Assembly: GCA_016186765.1 (NCBI GenBank)
Contig: JACPLD010000002.1
Span: 110,386 to 174,385, forward strand
Reading direction: 5' to 3'
From: Candidatus Kaiserbacteria bacterium
GTDB lineage: Bacteria; Patescibacteriota; Minisyncoccia; Phycocordibacterales; UBA2100
Length of the DNA stretch: 64,000 bases
Both the position numbers and the translations under genes were made by a program. Below the pieces are notes generated by a model. The model ran no database searches. It was not told the origin of the DNA and saw only the letters and a list, made by a program, of their open reading frames with translations. Each line of letters begins with the position of its first letter. The stretch's first letter is position 1. Shown piece after piece: positions 19,278 through 28,894 of the stretch.

Positions 19278-20752
19278 ATGAGAAAGCGAGTGAATTTTCC
19301 CTCTATAGCCTATACGCCATACGCGATACGCTTGGCCTCGCGAAGCCGCGCGCGGCTTCGCGAGGCGTCACTGTTTTCCTCATTCTCGGTTTTATGGGAG
19401 TCTTCGCCATCATTCTTGGAACCATCTCGAGCTACGTGCTCACCCAAGGGCGCTACGGTCGCGCACTCTACGCGCGCGAGGTTGCCCTCAACGTCGCGGA
19501 GTCCGGCCTCGAGTACTACCGCTGGTTCCTCGCACACAACCCCTCGATCATGGATAGCGGTATAGGGCTCGTAAGTCCGTACACCTATGCCGTGAACGAC
19601 CCCGAGGGCGGCTCACTCGGCTCTGCCGAAGTAACGGCATCGGTAAATCTCCAGTGCGGAGCCGTACAGTGGGCGGATATTGTTTCAAAGGGAACCGCGA
19701 GTGCCGATCCCGTCTTACCGCGCACACTGTCCGTGCGATACATGCAGCCTTCTGTTGCGGAATATTCGTATGTGGTGAACACGAACGTGTGGGCGGGCTC
19801 GAGCAGAACCATTCGTGGCCCATACCACGGGAACGGTGGCGTTAGAATGGATGCAACCCACAATGCCGACGTGACGAGTGCCGTTTCGACATGGAACTGC
19901 ACGTCGAGCTACAACTGCAACCCGTCGCAACCAAATGCGCCGGGAGTCGTCGGCACGGGCTCGAATCCCGCACTCTGGACGTATCCCGTTCCAAACATCA
20001 ACTTCGCCGCGATCGCGATCGATTTCACGGATCTCCAGACAAAAGCACAGACGCAAGGCGGCATCTACTACGGCCCTGCAAGCGGCAGTGTGAACAACCG
20101 CGGCTACCATCTCATTTTTAATGCAGCAGGCACGGTGACGATATACCGAGTGACGGAGACTGACGGCTTCGACAGCTACTCGACTCAGTACAACTGGGGA
20201 ACGGAGTACAGCGAGATCGACAACCAGACCTTGCTCGGGACATTTGCTATACCCTCAAGCTGCAGCCTCATGTTCTTCCAAGATCGGGTGTGGGTAGAAG
20301 GTACCGTCAATGGGAAGGTCACCGTTGTCGCAGCAACGCCTTCCGACGGCGCTACGGCGCCGGACGCGTATCTCAATAACAATATTCTTTACGCCGCCTA
20401 CGATGGCACCGATGGGCTCACGATCGTCGCCGAGCGAAATGTCCTCATACCGCTTGTCGTGCCCAATGTCATGGAGATCCATGGCATCTTTATCGCGCAA
20501 AGCGGGCACTACGGTCGCGACTACTTCTCGACGAGCGATCTTTCTTCGCAGTACGATCCGTACGTGACGCGCAGTCAGCTCACGACGGTGGGCACTGTCG
20601 TTTCAAACGGACGCACGGGCACCGCATGGAGCGACGGCACCGGATTCACGACGCGTCTCGATTACTATGACCAGCAGCTCGCCTTCTCACCGCCACCCTT
20701 TACGCCGGTTGCCTCAACTGACTACAAATACGCGCTGTGGCGCGAGCAATGA
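19250..20752 (+). CDS. Large hypothetical pilus-associated membrane-anchored protein
   Basis: N-terminal hydrophobic anchor (VTVFLILGFMGVFAIILG), ~450-aa extracellular part, co-oriented with the pilin genes. Start lies within the heptamer repeats; the ATG at 19271 is an alternative. Confidence 0.45.
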   Translation: MEYRVWSMEDEKASEFSLYSLYAIRDTLGLAKPRAASRGVTVFLILGFMGVFAIILGTISSYVLTQGRYGRALYAREVALNVAESGLEYYRWFLAHNPSIMDSGIGLVSPYTYAVNDPEGGSLGSAEVTASVNLQCGAVQWADIVSKGTASADPVLPRTLSVRYMQPSVAEYSYVVNTNVWAGSSRTIRGPYHGNGGVRMDATHNADVTSAVSTWNCTSSYNCNPSQPNAPGVVGTGSNPALWTYPVPNINFAAIAIDFTDLQTKAQTQGGIYYGPASGSVNNRGYHLIFNAAGTVTIYRVTETDGFDSYSTQYNWGTEYSEIDNQTLLGTFAIPSSCSLMFFQDRVWVEGTVNGKVTVVAATPSDGATAPDAYLNNNILYAAYDGTDGLTIVAERNVLIPLVVPNVMEIHGIFIAQSGHYGRDYFSTSDLSSQYDPYVTRSQLTTVGTVVSNGRTGTAWSDGTGFTTRLDYYDQQLAFSPPPFTPVASTDYKYALWREQ

Positions 20753-20789
20753 CGCTCGCTTGAGAGTTAAGGAGTGGTACAATCCGCGC

Positions 20790-21584
20790 ATGAAATCTAT
20801 CGTCGTCGCGAATTGGAAAATGAACCCCGCCTCTTTCAGAGAGGCGAAAAAGTTATTTGATGCGGAACGAAAAGCTGCGGAGAAGGCCCGTGGCGTGAGC
20901 GTTGTCGTTGCGCCACCCGCGATTTTTTTGCGTGAGCTATCTTCCCTGTATCGTGGCTCAAAGATTGCCTTTTCGGCGCAAAACGCGCACTTCGACGTGG
21001 ATGGCGCGCACACCGGCGAGATCTCGCTTTTGCAGGTAAAAGACGCGCGCGCAAAATTTGTTTTGGTAGGCCATGCCGAGCGGAGAGCGGAAGGCGAGAC
21101 AGATGATGACACTCGAAAGAAAGTGGCAGCGGCGCTTTCGCTGAAACTCGCGCCGATTCTTTGTGTTGGGGAAGCGCGTCGCACCGATGAAGGGGAACAG
21201 TTTGAGGCAGTGCGCGAGCAGTTGAGAGCAGGCCTTGCCGATGTTGCCGCCTCCGCTCTCTCGCGCGTGCTTCTCGTGTACGAGCCGCTCTGGACGATCG
21301 GGAAAGAGGAGACAATGGATCCCCACGAGATGCATCAGATGGCGATATTCATGCGCAAGTGTGTCGTGGAATCGCATGGCGAAGCGGGCCTCCGCCACGC
21401 CAAAGCGGGCTCCGGCCTCGCGCAGGCGGGCCGCAACATGAAGATCCTCTACGGCGGCTCGATCGAGGAGAGGAACGCCGCCGCGATGCTTCGCGACGGC
21501 GACATTCACGGCTTCCTCGTCGGCCGCGCGAGCGCGAATGCTATCGAATTCGCAAAACTCCTTCGCGCCATCGAAATAGCATGA
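20790..21584 (+). CDS. tpiA: Triosephosphate isomerase
   Basis: MKSIVVANWKMNP ... GHAERR ... YEPLWTIG signatures. ORF track starts at 20667; ATG at 20790 is preferred. Confidence 0.85.
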   Translation: MKSIVVANWKMNPASFREAKKLFDAERKAAEKARGVSVVVAPPAIFLRELSSLYRGSKIAFSAQNAHFDVDGAHTGEISLLQVKDARAKFVLVGHAERRAEGETDDDTRKKVAAALSLKLAPILCVGEARRTDEGEQFEAVREQLRAGLADVAASALSRVLLVYEPLWTIGKEETMDPHEMHQMAIFMRKCVVESHGEAGLRHAKAGSGLAQAGRNMKILYGGSIEERNAAAMLRDGDIHGFLVGRASANAIEFAKLLRAIEIA

Positions 21585-22708
21585 AATGCATTGATGAGGT
21601 GCCGGATTCAGAGCTCAAAGGAAAGCGCGTGCTCGTGCGGAGCGATTTCAACGTGCCGATAGGGAAAGGCGGAGAAGTTGCCGATCGATACCGTATTGAG
21701 CGGGGCTGGAAGACGCTGCAATACTTGCGAAAGCGCGGTGCAAAGGTTGTCATCATTTCACACATCGGACGCGAGAGAGAGGAGAGCCTCGAGCCTGTCG
21801 CGAGAGTGCTCAAAGAGTTCGGTCCCGTTGTCTTTATTGCCGACATCGTCGGACCAGCGGCGCGAGGTGCGGTATCCGCGATGCGCAAAGGCGACATGCT
21901 GATGCTCGAGAATCTTCGGCGCGATCTGCGCGAGACGGAAAACGATCCATCGTTCGCGAAGGAACTCGCCTCGTTTGCGGACATATACGTGGATGATGCT
22001 TTTGCTGCTGCGCATCGCGCGCATGCCTCGATCGTCGGCGTCGCGAAACTGCTTCCTTCCTATGCTGGATTACTCGTCTGCGATGAGGTGCGCGAGATCG
22101 ACGCCGCGCGCGAGCCGGAACATCCTTCTTTTGCGATCCTTGGTGGCGCGAAATTCGAGACGAAGGCGCCCTTGATTAAACTCTTGCTCGAGAAGTATGA
22201 CAACGTGTTCATCACCGGCGCACTTGCCAATGATGTTTTCAAGGCACGCGGACTTCCGGTCGGCCACTCGCTCATCTCAAAGGAGCTTCCGAGCGAGGAT
22301 ATTCATACGAGCCCGCGTTTCCTCGCGCCGATCGACGTGACGGCCGAAGACAAAAGCGGCCACGCGAAGGTAAAGAAGCCCGAAGAGGTTGGTGATGACG
22401 AACGCATTGTTGACGCAGGGCCCGATACCGTCGCGATGCTCGTGCCCTTGATCGCGCAGGCAAAATTTATTCTCTGGAACGGCCCGACCGGCATTTACGA
22501 AGAGGGCTACAACCACTACACGCAGCAGATCGCCGAGCTCGCTGCGGGAAGCAAAGCGAAGATCGTTATTGGCGGAGGAGACACGATCGCCGCGATCGAG
22601 GCAACGGGCGTCCCGAAAGAAAAACTCGGGTTTCTCTCCACCGGCGGCGGCGCTATGCTCGAGTATTTGCTCAAGGGCACGCTTCCTGGCATAGAGGTGC
22701 TGAAGTAA
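21581..22708 (+). CDS. pgk: Phosphoglycerate kinase
   Basis: RVLVRSDFNVPI... and C-terminal GGGAMLEYL motifs. ATGA overlap with the tpiA stop. Confidence 0.9.
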   Translation: MKCIDEVPDSELKGKRVLVRSDFNVPIGKGGEVADRYRIERGWKTLQYLRKRGAKVVIISHIGREREESLEPVARVLKEFGPVVFIADIVGPAARGAVSAMRKGDMLMLENLRRDLRETENDPSFAKELASFADIYVDDAFAAAHRAHASIVGVAKLLPSYAGLLVCDEVREIDAAREPEHPSFAILGGAKFETKAPLIKLLLEKYDNVFITGALANDVFKARGLPVGHSLISKELPSEDIHTSPRFLAPIDVTAEDKSGHAKVKKPEEVGDDERIVDAGPDTVAMLVPLIAQAKFILWNGPTGIYEEGYNHYTQQIAELAAGSKAKIVIGGGDTIAAIEATGVPKEKLGFLSTGGGAMLEYLLKGTLPGIEVLK

Positions 22709-22745
22709 GGTTGGATCGTTACCAGCGTCAACACTGCTGAAACAT

Positions 22746-23870
22746 ATGAATAGAGCCCGAAATGCAAGTATTGTGGCGTTTTTTGTCCTCGTTCTGATGG
22801 TGGGCTCCGCACAACCGACTTCCGCGCTTACCGTTGCCGAAATGGAAGCCCAGATCCAATCTCTCCTTTCAAGAATTGTGTCTCTCTCAGGTGGCGCTTC
22901 TGTGCAGACAGATGGTTCTGTGGTTGCTTCGCCGGTGGCTCAACATCGTGTCTGCACCGTTTTATATCGCAACCTCTCGCAAGGTGCGCGGGGAGATGAT
23001 GTGCTTGTGCTTCAGGAATTTCTCCGCGCACAGGGGTACTTCTATGCAAATGCAACAGGCTACTTTGGCCCGCTGACAGCGCAGGCGGTCGCCCGCTGGC
23101 AGGCTTCTCAAGGAATTGCCGCAGTGGGTGCGGTGGGACCTCTCACACGCGAACGCATCAGGCTCTGGTGCGGCGGAGGCGGCGGTGGCGGCGGTGGCGT
23201 CATTCCAACGGACCCGTCGGCCGATCCCCGTTGCCGCGCGTGGTACGACGGCTGCAACGACTGCTCGCGCGACTATCCCGGCGGCCCCGCAATGTGCACG
23301 CTTCGGGCATGCATCTGGCAGGCGTCCGCCTACTGCAAAGAGTATTTCGATTCGAGCACGAACAGACCGCCTGTGATCTCATCTTTTTCGGGGCCGACAA
23401 TGTTGAACATCAATCAAACTGGCACGTGGACTATACAAGCAAGCGATCCAGAGAGTGGTCCCTTGAGCTACTCGCTAAGGTGGGGAGACGAATATCTCGT
23501 CGCACCTATGGCAGGGTACGCAGCCGAGGCGTTCGTACAAACAACCACCTTCACTCACGCATACAGCGCAGCTGGCACCTATACGGTCACGGTCATCGTT
23601 CGTGACTCCGCGGGAAAGGAAGCAAAAACCTCAACGACAGTCGCTGTAGGAGTGAGCAAGGACCCGTATTCTTCATGTCCGCAGTACATGCCTGCAGAGT
23701 GCATTGGCGGTACATATGTCTCTCAGGGAGTTGGCGTAGATGGCTGTCCGCTCGCTCCGAAATGTGTTCTGAACAATGTATGCACAGCGGATGCGATGCA
23801 GTGTCCCGACGGCTCGTATGTCGGGCGCACGGGGCCCAGTTGTGAGTTCGTGTGTCCATCCATTTACTAA
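22746..23870 (+). CDS. Secreted protein with peptidoglycan-binding domain and PKD-like domain
   Basis: Signal peptide, coiled-coil segment, PG_binding_1-like motif (DDVLVLQEFLRAQGYF...GYFGPLTAQAV), Gly9 linker, PKD-like beta domain, Cys-rich C-terminus. Confidence 0.55.
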   Translation: MNRARNASIVAFFVLVLMVGSAQPTSALTVAEMEAQIQSLLSRIVSLSGGASVQTDGSVVASPVAQHRVCTVLYRNLSQGARGDDVLVLQEFLRAQGYFYANATGYFGPLTAQAVARWQASQGIAAVGAVGPLTRERIRLWCGGGGGGGGGVIPTDPSADPRCRAWYDGCNDCSRDYPGGPAMCTLRACIWQASAYCKEYFDSSTNRPPVISSFSGPTMLNINQTGTWTIQASDPESGPLSYSLRWGDEYLVAPMAGYAAEAFVQTTTFTHAYSAAGTYTVTVIVRDSAGKEAKTSTTVAVGVSKDPYSSCPQYMPAECIGGTYVSQGVGVDGCPLAPKCVLNNVCTADAMQCPDGSYVGRTGPSCEFVCPSIY

Positions 23871-23929
23871 GCCCACCTATTCATAGTCGCAGCTTGCTCT
23901 TGTAAACCATCACTGGGTATACTTTCAGC

Positions 23930-26749
23930 ATGAGGAAGGCATTTGTCGTGGGTGTCCTTGTATCCCTTTGTTTTGTCGTTGCTCCCTTCACTCACGCGCA
24001 AACGGCGAGTCAGCTGCAAGCCGAAGTCAACGCGCTTCTCCAGCAACTTGCCGCGCTCCAGGCTCAGCTTCAGGCGCAACTTGGCGGCGCGGGCGTCCCT
24101 AGTGTTCTCCCGTCCGGCGTCTATGGTCAATGCCCCTCGCTCAGTCGCGCGCTCCGACAGGGGATGTCGGGTGCTGATGTCACGGCACTGCAGGCATTTC
24201 TCGCGGCAGACCCGCGGATCTATCCGGAAGGGACGATCAGCGGCTATTTCGGTGCCCTGACGCAAGCTGCAGTGCAGCGATTCCAGGCACGCGCCGGCAT
24301 CGTTTCGTCGGGAACTCCTGATACGACCGGCTATGGTTCTATCGGCCCTATGACGCGTGCGGTCATCGCAAAAGTTTGCAGCGGGGCGTATTCACCGATA
24401 CCCGGTACGTCAATTCCCCCACCGATACCGGCTATCCCGCAAGCGCAGTGTTCGTTCGCCGGCACGACGCTTGCGTCCGGAGCCGCGATCCAGATGTATT
24501 CGGTCCCGCAAGCGCCGGTCGGAGCTAGTTGCGCTTCCTACGCGCAAACGCGCCAGTGCATAAACGGAGCGATGTTAGGAAATCCAAGCTTTCAGTACAC
24601 GTCATGCAGCGATACCATCGGACAGGCATGTTTCGTAAACGGAACCATAGTGCCGCACGGCAGCAGCCGCACATTTTATACACAGTCATTGGTGCCTTTC
24701 GGGTCAGCGTGCTCGTCCATCTCCCAACAACGCACCTGCAATAATGGATCGATTTCCGGCTCGAATATTTATCAATACGCATCGTGTTCAACGGCCGCTG
24801 CAAACACCTGTGTGGTGGGCGACACGACAGTCTCCCACGGGACGGGCAGGACGTTTTATCTCAAGAGTCTCGTTCCATACGGCGAGAGCTGCACGACGTC
24901 GGCTAATTCGCAGTTGCGCACCTGCACGAACGGCACGTTGAGCGGGAGCAGTACGTTTGACAAACCGACGTGTTCGGCCGCAACATCGCCGACGTGTGTG
25001 CTCGACGGCAAGAGCGTGAATACCGGAGCTTCGGGCGACTTCTACAATACCCGCACGGTTCCGTACATGTCTGGAACGGCATGCCCGGCGGCCAACAAGC
25101 TCTCGCGCAAATGCACCAATGGGATTTTTGACGGCGACGAGAATTACCAATACGCAACGTGCTCAATATCCCCGCCGTCGTCATGTTCTCTCGCGGGACA
25201 AAACGTTTCTCATAACTCGTCGTATACATTCTTTAGGCAATCGTCCGTGCCGTTCGGAACGACGAACGGCTGTAGTTCAGTGGCGCAATCACGCAAATGC
25301 ACCAATGGCGTATTCAACGGAGAAGACATCTATAATCTGGCAAGCTGCACGGTCGGTGCGGCGAGTGCATGCACCTCACTGGATAACCTCACTATACCCC
25401 ATGGCTCTACGTCGCCGATGTACAACACACCGTCGGTTCCTTTCGGCTCGACGTGCTCGAGAGTAAATCGAACCTGCACGAACGGGAGTCTGGGCACAAC
25501 CAACACAGCCTACGGCTACAAGGTTTGCACGGTAGGGAGCGCGCCAGCGCCCACGTGCGTCTTGCAAGCCGCCAAATCCGTGTACCTCCCGAATCAGCTC
25601 GTAGCGTTTAATTGGACAACTCAAAATGTGATCAGCGGGTCCTTGCTTGGGACAGCGATCCCGAGCGCGAGTCTTGCAAGCGGATCGCGTGCAAATGCGA
25701 TCTCCTACAGCACCGTCGGCGATAAAACGGTAACCATGTCAGTAACTGGTAATCAGTCGACCGCAGGACAGTGTTCAACAATAGTAAAAGTTCAGGATAT
25801 TCTTCCGCCAACTTGCACGCTTACCATCAAAAAATCTACTGCGACGACGGCGGGCAGTGCGGTCACCTTGAATTACGCCGACACCGCGGTTATTACATGG
25901 GCGAGTGCTGGGGCGACGGATTATTCGTCCTCGACTCCTTCTTCTATGTCTGCAACCACAAGCGTTGGTGTTGCAAGCGGCTCAATGACCTTGAAGCCGC
26001 GCGAGCGTTCCTACACATACACATTCAATAATGCGGGTGGCTCGACGCAATGCGCGGTCTCGGTGAACTTCAACCCGCCGACATGCGCGACACCGACGAC
26101 CGACAAGGCGACCTATATCTATGGAGACTCTGCGACGCTGACGTGGTCTAGCACGAACGCAGATTACGCGACCGCAACTTCTTCCGACCATATTTCGCCG
26201 AGTGGGTCTGCCACATTCAATAATTTTATTGGGACCTCACCGTTCACCTTTACTTTCGTCGGGCTTGGAGGGCAGACGAGTTGTTCAAAGACTATTACAA
26301 TTCCGACGCCGATGACGATGAGCGGTCCTTCAAATAACATCTATCAACCCGGCAATGAACTTACAGTTTCGTGGTCCTACCCCGGGGCGGTAAGTACCGC
26401 AGGTGTGTATCTCATGCTTGTTGATACAGCCGGCAACAAAATTGGTACATCGAACATCGTGGCGCAACTTCCATCATCAAGCAGTTACGGATGGGTCGTG
26501 CCAATATCAATCGGCACAACTACGCTCGCGAACGGACAGTATGCTGTTCGCGCCGTCGCCTACACGCCAAAAAGCGCTTGCACGACGAGTGGCTGCGGGA
26601 CGCATACGGTGCTCGCCCGTATGGACAGCAACTTCTTTTCGATTAGCGTTCCGATCGCGACGCTTTTCGCAAATCAATTCGCCGCGGCACTCGCCGCGCT
26701 TGAGGCCGTGCTCCAATCACTTCTCGATCAGTGGGATTTATTGTTTTAA
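23930..26749 (+). CDS. Large (939 aa) secreted protein: PG-binding domain, about 7 tandem Cys-containing ~50-aa repeats, Ig-like domains
   Basis: Signal peptide; LQAQLQAQL coiled coil; PG_binding_1-like motif; repeated Q.R.CTNG..G...Y.YA.CS units; Thr/Ser-rich beta domains. Confidence 0.55.
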   Translation: MRKAFVVGVLVSLCFVVAPFTHAQTASQLQAEVNALLQQLAALQAQLQAQLGGAGVPSVLPSGVYGQCPSLSRALRQGMSGADVTALQAFLAADPRIYPEGTISGYFGALTQAAVQRFQARAGIVSSGTPDTTGYGSIGPMTRAVIAKVCSGAYSPIPGTSIPPPIPAIPQAQCSFAGTTLASGAAIQMYSVPQAPVGASCASYAQTRQCINGAMLGNPSFQYTSCSDTIGQACFVNGTIVPHGSSRTFYTQSLVPFGSACSSISQQRTCNNGSISGSNIYQYASCSTAAANTCVVGDTTVSHGTGRTFYLKSLVPYGESCTTSANSQLRTCTNGTLSGSSTFDKPTCSAATSPTCVLDGKSVNTGASGDFYNTRTVPYMSGTACPAANKLSRKCTNGIFDGDENYQYATCSISPPSSCSLAGQNVSHNSSYTFFRQSSVPFGTTNGCSSVAQSRKCTNGVFNGEDIYNLASCTVGAASACTSLDNLTIPHGSTSPMYNTPSVPFGSTCSRVNRTCTNGSLGTTNTAYGYKVCTVGSAPAPTCVLQAAKSVYLPNQLVAFNWTTQNVISGSLLGTAIPSASLASGSRANAISYSTVGDKTVTMSVTGNQSTAGQCSTIVKVQDILPPTCTLTIKKSTATTAGSAVTLNYADTAVITWASAGATDYSSSTPSSMSATTSVGVASGSMTLKPRERSYTYTFNNAGGSTQCAVSVNFNPPTCATPTTDKATYIYGDSATLTWSSTNADYATATSSDHISPSGSATFNNFIGTSPFTFTFVGLGGQTSCSKTITIPTPMTMSGPSNNIYQPGNELTVSWSYPGAVSTAGVYLMLVDTAGNKIGTSNIVAQLPSSSSYGWVVPISIGTTTLANGQYAVRAVAYTPKSACTTSGCGTHTVLARMDSNFFSISVPIATLFANQFAAALAALEAVLQSLLDQWDLLF

Positions 26750-27152
26750 GGCGTCCCGGATTTTTTGAGCCGATTCTTCCGCCTCTCTTTCTTTGTAGGT
26801 CCTTTGCGGCATGAGCTTGAGGCCGTCGCCTTTGAAGCGCGGAATAATATGCACGTGCGGGTGATGCACGACTTGCCCCGCATGCTCGCGGTTGTTCATT
26901 GCGATGTTGACGCCGTCTGCGGCAATGCCCTTTTCTATTGCAATCGTAAGTTTCCGTACGGTTTCTGAAACGGCTGCCCAATCCTCGGGAGAGATATCGA
27001 AAATGTTGTTCGCGTGCGTTTTCGGAACGACAAGCGTATGGCCGGCATTGACTGGACGGATGTCGAGGAACGCGATGGTTTTGTCATCCTCGTAGACTTT
27101 GTAGCTTGGCAGCTCGCCGCGGACGATCTTGCAGAAGATACAGTCAGGCATA
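26738..27152 (-). CDS. HIT family (histidine triad) protein
   Basis: HPHVHIIPR histidine-triad motif and zinc-binding CxxC (CIFCKI) at the N-terminus. ORF track extends to 27199 through the repeat. Confidence 0.8.
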
Positions 27153-27154
27153 TG

Positions 27155-27182
27155 TGAAGTATGGAGTATGAAGTATGGAGTA
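27155..27182. repeat. Heptanucleotide tandem repeat GAAGTAT GGAGTAT GAAGTAT GGAGTAT
   Basis: Fills the 47-bp divergent spacer between the HIT gene and the recJ start. Confidence 0.6.
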
Positions 27183-27198
27183 TCAAGCATGAGATACA

Positions 27199-28875
27199 AT
27201 GGAGCCGATGCAACTTTCAGAACTCGTAAGGTCGCTTCTCGAAAAACGAGGTATCACGGATCCCGCCAGTATTTCAACGTTTCTCAATCCCGATTATGAA
27301 CGTGATACGCACTCACCGTTTCTGCTTGCGGGGATGGAGCGGACGGTTGCCCGTGTTCTCTCTGCTATTCGCAACGGCGAGCGAATAGCGATCTATGCGG
27401 ATTTCGATTGTGACGGCATCCCGGGTGCGGCGCTTATCTCGGATTTTTTCAAAAAGGTAGGATACTCGAATTTCGAGGTATACATCCCGCACCGCGACCG
27501 CGAGGGCTACGGGTTTCATACAGAGGCGATTGAGGAACTCACGCAAAGCGGTGTCTCCCTCATTATCACGGTCGATGTCGGGACGAATGCACTAGAAAGT
27601 GTTTCATTTGCAAAAGAGAAAGGTATCGATGTGATTGTTACCGATCACCATGAGCCGACGGGAGCGCTGCCAGATTGCATTGCAGTGCTCAACCCGAAAT
27701 TAGGCGAGTACCCATTTCGTGATCTCTGCGGTGCAGGGGTTGCTTTCAAGCTTGTTCAAGCACTCCTCCTCGAGGGAAAGAAACAGGGGCTCGAAGCTTT
27801 TGTGAAGGTTCCCGACGGCTGGGAGAAATGGCTTTTGGATCTCGTGGCGATCGCAACGGTCGCGGATCTCGTGCCGCTCGTCGGCGAAAATCGAACACTC
27901 GTGCACTTCGGTCTCAAAGTGCTTCGCAAATCGCCGCGAGCCGGGATCTCTGCGCTCTGCAATGCGCTCCGTATGCGAAAGAGCGACCTCACGGAGGAAG
28001 TGATCGCGTTCTCGATCGCGCCGCGCATTAATGCCGCTTCGCGTATGGACGAGCCCGAGTTTGCCTTCAGACTTCTTGTCACGACCGATCACCGCGAAGC
28101 GGAGAGAATCACGGCGCACCTCGAGGAGCTGAACGCTCGGAGAAAAACAGCAGTGGCGAGTGTTGTGAAGGCAGCAAAGCGCACGGCACGAACACGCTTT
28201 CGCTCCGACGAGCGCATTATCGTTCTGGGCTCTCCGGAGTGGAAACCGGCGTTATTGGGTCTTGCCGCGAATTCACTTGTGGAGGAGCGCGGGGGCGTTG
28301 TATGTCTCTGGGGGCGTGATGCAAGGGGGCGCATCAAGGGTTCGTGCCGCTCTGACGGCTCCATCTCGGTCGTGCAACTTTTCTCGAATGCACGGGACGC
28401 GTTCATCGAATTTGGTGGGCACGAGAGATCTGGGGGCTTTACGATTTCACATGAGCGCATACACACGCTCCACGAATCGCTCGCATCCGCAAGCAGCGCG
28501 CTCGCAGAGGCTCCACGTATGGAGGAGCAAACACATGATGCGCTCATTTCACTCCCCGAACTCACTGGATCGCTCTTTGAAGAAGTTTCGAAGCTCGCGC
28601 CATTCGGCGTCGGCAATCCAAAACCGCGTTTTCTCGTTTCTTCCATCACTGTTTCCTCTGTGCGCAAGTTTGGCCGCGAGAGCAACCATGTTGAGGTTCT
28701 TGTTTCATGTGAGCGGACCGGTATTTCCGCGCGAGCGTTCGATTTCTTCAATTCACCTGAAGATTTTATGCACGTTCCCAAGATCGGGAACTCCGTGCGT
28801 CTCCTCGCCACGGTAGAGAAAGACAATTTTCGTGGTGGCATTGCGCTCAGGCTCGTGGATGTTCTCGGTGCCTAG
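27199..28875 (+). CDS. recJ: Single-stranded-DNA-specific exonuclease RecJ
   Basis: DHH motifs (DFDCDGI, DHHEP) and DHHA1 region. Confidence 0.85.
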   Translation: MEPMQLSELVRSLLEKRGITDPASISTFLNPDYERDTHSPFLLAGMERTVARVLSAIRNGERIAIYADFDCDGIPGAALISDFFKKVGYSNFEVYIPHRDREGYGFHTEAIEELTQSGVSLIITVDVGTNALESVSFAKEKGIDVIVTDHHEPTGALPDCIAVLNPKLGEYPFRDLCGAGVAFKLVQALLLEGKKQGLEAFVKVPDGWEKWLLDLVAIATVADLVPLVGENRTLVHFGLKVLRKSPRAGISALCNALRMRKSDLTEEVIAFSIAPRINAASRMDEPEFAFRLLVTTDHREAERITAHLEELNARRKTAVASVVKAAKRTARTRFRSDERIIVLGSPEWKPALLGLAANSLVEERGGVVCLWGRDARGRIKGSCRSDGSISVVQLFSNARDAFIEFGGHERSGGFTISHERIHTLHESLASASSALAEAPRMEEQTHDALISLPELTGSLFEEVSKLAPFGVGNPKPRFLVSSITVSSVRKFGRESNHVEVLVSCERTGISARAFDFFNSPEDFMHVPKIGNSVRLLATVEKDNFRGGIALRLVDVLGA

Positions 28876-28894
28876 GCATGATACGATTAAATGC

